NCBI GenBank assembly: GCA_949358305.1
Contig: OX442314.1
Location: 31,992,001-32,056,000, forward strand
Length of the DNA: 64,000 nt
Direction of reading: 5' to 3'
From: Strigamia acuminata
Lineage: Eukaryota
Shown: piece after piece, positions 62,901 through 64,000 of the stretch
How the letters are laid out: each line of letters begins with the position of its first letter
Position numbering within the stretch: the stretch's first letter is position 1
Position numbers and translations under genes: made by a program
Notes under the pieces: model-generated
What the model was told of the DNA's origin: nothing
Database searches by the model: none
The model's input: only the letters and a program-made list of their open reading frames with translations

Positions 62901-64000
62901 TCTCGCAGAATTTCCTCAATTGTTGGCATTTGAGGTGGGTTGTACTTAGTATGTGTATTGATGGGGCGAAAATCAATACACAGACGTGGGTCGTTTCCTG
63001 GTCGCATGACTAGGACTGGCCGCATTCCGTAATCGCCTTCAGCTTTGACGACTACGCCTTTGTCAATCATGTCTTGACAAAGTTGTCTAATTATTTCCCT
63101 TTTTTGAGGGTTTATGCTCTTAAAGGGGACACGGATGGGTTTCTCCGTGTCAAGCTCAATTTTGTGCTTAACCAGGTGTGTTTTACCTGGATCTTTAGAA
63201 ATAATCCTTTTATGTTTGGATAACATCTTTTCTAATAATTTGGATTGCTCCAAATTTAAGTTAGCTTCTTCGACTAACTTTTGGATGAAATTCTCTTCAT
63301 CAATTTTGCCTTGAGTTACACTTGCAGCGTAAGCTTTTGCAAAGGTCATAAATGAGGAATCGGGTTCCTCTATTTTCTCCAAATAACGTTCCAGCAACGC
63401 TTGTGGAATGTAGGGTAAATCTGCATCCACAGGTTGCGTGAAATTCCAAGACATCGTCTGTGGATTAGGTTGGATTTTTAATTTATTCATAAAATCGCAA
63501 CCCAATAGTACCATTGGATACTTATTTGGTATTACGATGAACGGATGACGTAACGTGCCATGTGTCCATCGAAATGAGAGATGGATGGTTCCATCTGGAG
63601 TGACTTCTTCACTAGCCGTCGTAACTCTGACACCAGGTCCGATAGGTCGTAGATATTTTTCTAGACCTAATTGATTAATAACTGAAGTGGCTAGGAAGCT
63701 TTTATTTGCTCCTGAGTCCAACATTCCAGTTATTACACCTTTTAACGTTTCTAACTTTAACGTTGGAAGGTCATGGCTGTTTGGTATCCCAGCCACTTTG
63801 CACTCAAACTTGCGCAATTTATGAGGAACTGTAATTGGAGGCTCCAAAGGCAGTTCGTCTAATAACTCATTGGCATCAAGAGTTGTAGTTGCAAATAACT
63901 TAATGCACTCCTCAATTCCAGGTGTCTCTGAAACTGAGCTTGGTCTATCGTCTTTAACTTCGACTTTATCTTGAATATTGGAAGTGTCTTCTTCGGTCGG
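59933..64000 (-). CDS. pol: Gypsy Pol polyprotein, open to the window edge
   Basis: Protease LDSGA; RT YLDD; RNase H TDAS/DHQAL/ADALSR; integrase HxxxxSGH..CxxC, SDNGPQF, PQSNPVERTN and GPY motif. No stops. Confidence 0.96.
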   Translation of the reverse strand, partial: PTEEDTSNIQDKVEVKDDRPSSVSETPGIEECIKLFATTTLDANELLDELPLEPPITVPHKLRKFECKVAGIPNSHDLPTLKLETLKGVITGMLDSGANKSFLATSVINQLGLEKYLRPIGPGVRVTTASEEVTPDGTIHLSFRWTHGTLRHPFIVIPNKYPMVLLGCDFMNKLKIQPNPQTMSWNFTQPVDADLPYIPQALLERYLEKIEEPDSSFMTFAKAYAASVTQGKIDEENFIQKLVEEANLNLEQSKLLEKMLSKHKRIISKDPGKTHLVKHKIELDTEKPIRVPFKSINPQKREIIRQLCQDMIDKGVVVKAEGDYGMRPVLVMRPGNDPRLCIDFRPINTHTKYNPPQMPTIEEILREIGEFEWVSTIDLTKGYWQIELRPEDREKTAFWSPMGRLMFLVMPFGLVNAPTTFQELMEKVLGDVYRKFAWAYLDDIIVVSKSFDEHIKHLDIVFKKLAEANLHAHPGKTHLCRKELIFLGYKVGVEGLAVDPKKVAAITQFPAPTNLKELQRFLGMVNFFHRLIKNLATVAEPLRPLLKKDAEFDWELHHQAAFDAIKDLLTNAETMKMPDLYMPFIVHTDASRQGLGAALTQKKNVDGQEVEMPCVYASRSLQPAEKNYTVTELECLAVVWGLRKFRPYLEYTTFTVQTDHQALKWLMSLSDPSGRLARWQMELMAYSFEIQYVKGPLNVIADALSRAPVSAPDEPEDDGDNDDLLSYCPSPCRSWQMGKLNELPKSIIVNEDDQALINFCINMHDPSGTPDVELRAMMAKKFELPTTNVLIKAFAAKIAKQLECDPPTRDDIIAAQKADKFCQYIRNYLLNKQYPSYIVTRLQRRNFERHASTYLIEEDMLLHYHPTSTDELGEDGRALKVVVPRKLIYKIIWLMHGHPLSGHPGIARTMYRTRRVYTWKGMKRDITRFIQHCQGCQACKPRSKTEIEGAQIGPFGPFDCLSVDLSGPKPRTRKNNTHICVIVDVATHWPELFPMCNPTAIKVANTIYHLSMTFGFPRQIISDNGPQFRSQVYKEFCKKFYMSRTPTSIYHPQSNPVERTNRDIKYLVSIYLDIHDQWDEYLREFAFSLRTVTRGRDYSPAFLNFFRELRIPWDPRIPEGILVIDPKNPHLYVQKLEAIIAETYQHMMSHVLDLRRRVEAEKSDKKFDNFRQNDLVWRESHILSNAAKGIAAGISPKRNGPYVIVKRLQGGAFQLRRLSDNKIYPAVHGTELMPYFPVFNQEIWLEGEEVGQKTKNIVNTLDDELSKIPVENTESSEKSKLKNNEVDEINKRLENVSLDENLEKEMFLEKEKISNNEVNNSSDIGDDADDNLNKLDCTSRKSKYNLRSRVPRAKT

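Larger units (their letters stand above)
55938..64000 (-). mobile_element. Ty3/Gypsy LTR retrotransposon (3' part; continues past the window)
   Basis: 3' LTR 55938-56890 (TG...CA); polypurine tract GGGGGGATG adjacent at 56891-56899; pol in PR-RT-RH-INT order. Confidence 0.95.

Noticed and set aside
57100..63314. Plus-strand ORFs over the Gypsy genes
   Set aside because: Antisense shadows with no recognisable motifs.

Overview
AT-rich eukaryotic genomic DNA with short (about 55-65 nt) GT-AG introns. It is most likely from an arthropod, given the ionotropic-receptor genes, pickpocket-like DEG/ENaC genes and TTAGG tracts. The left half (about 5-30 kb) is a tandem array of five closely related, compact DEG/ENaC channel genes: four on -, one inverted on +, plus a remnant of a sixth. 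The right half (about 33.5-55.7 kb) is a tandem array of divergent ionotropic receptor (IR) genes on -: two apparently intact, one 3' half with a frameshift, and one 5' half joined to an intronless SR-protein sequence. A roughly 2 kb GC-rich palindrome lies between the arrays. The window is full of transposons: a Gypsy element and solo LTRs, Tc1/Tc3, hAT, MULE-like foldbacks, a Kolobok-like MITE, a HINE/Helentron and a LINE fragment. The most unusual items are four. (1) The Gypsy element carries a non-env accessory gene of about 792 aa with two sense-strand spliceosomal introns and an apparent internal promoter. (2) All three IR 3' halves lack the re-entrant pore loop. (3) There is an IR/SR chimera. 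(4) There is an intronless BTB-BACK cassette. All gene models were derived by eye from splice motifs and paralog comparison; no searches were run.
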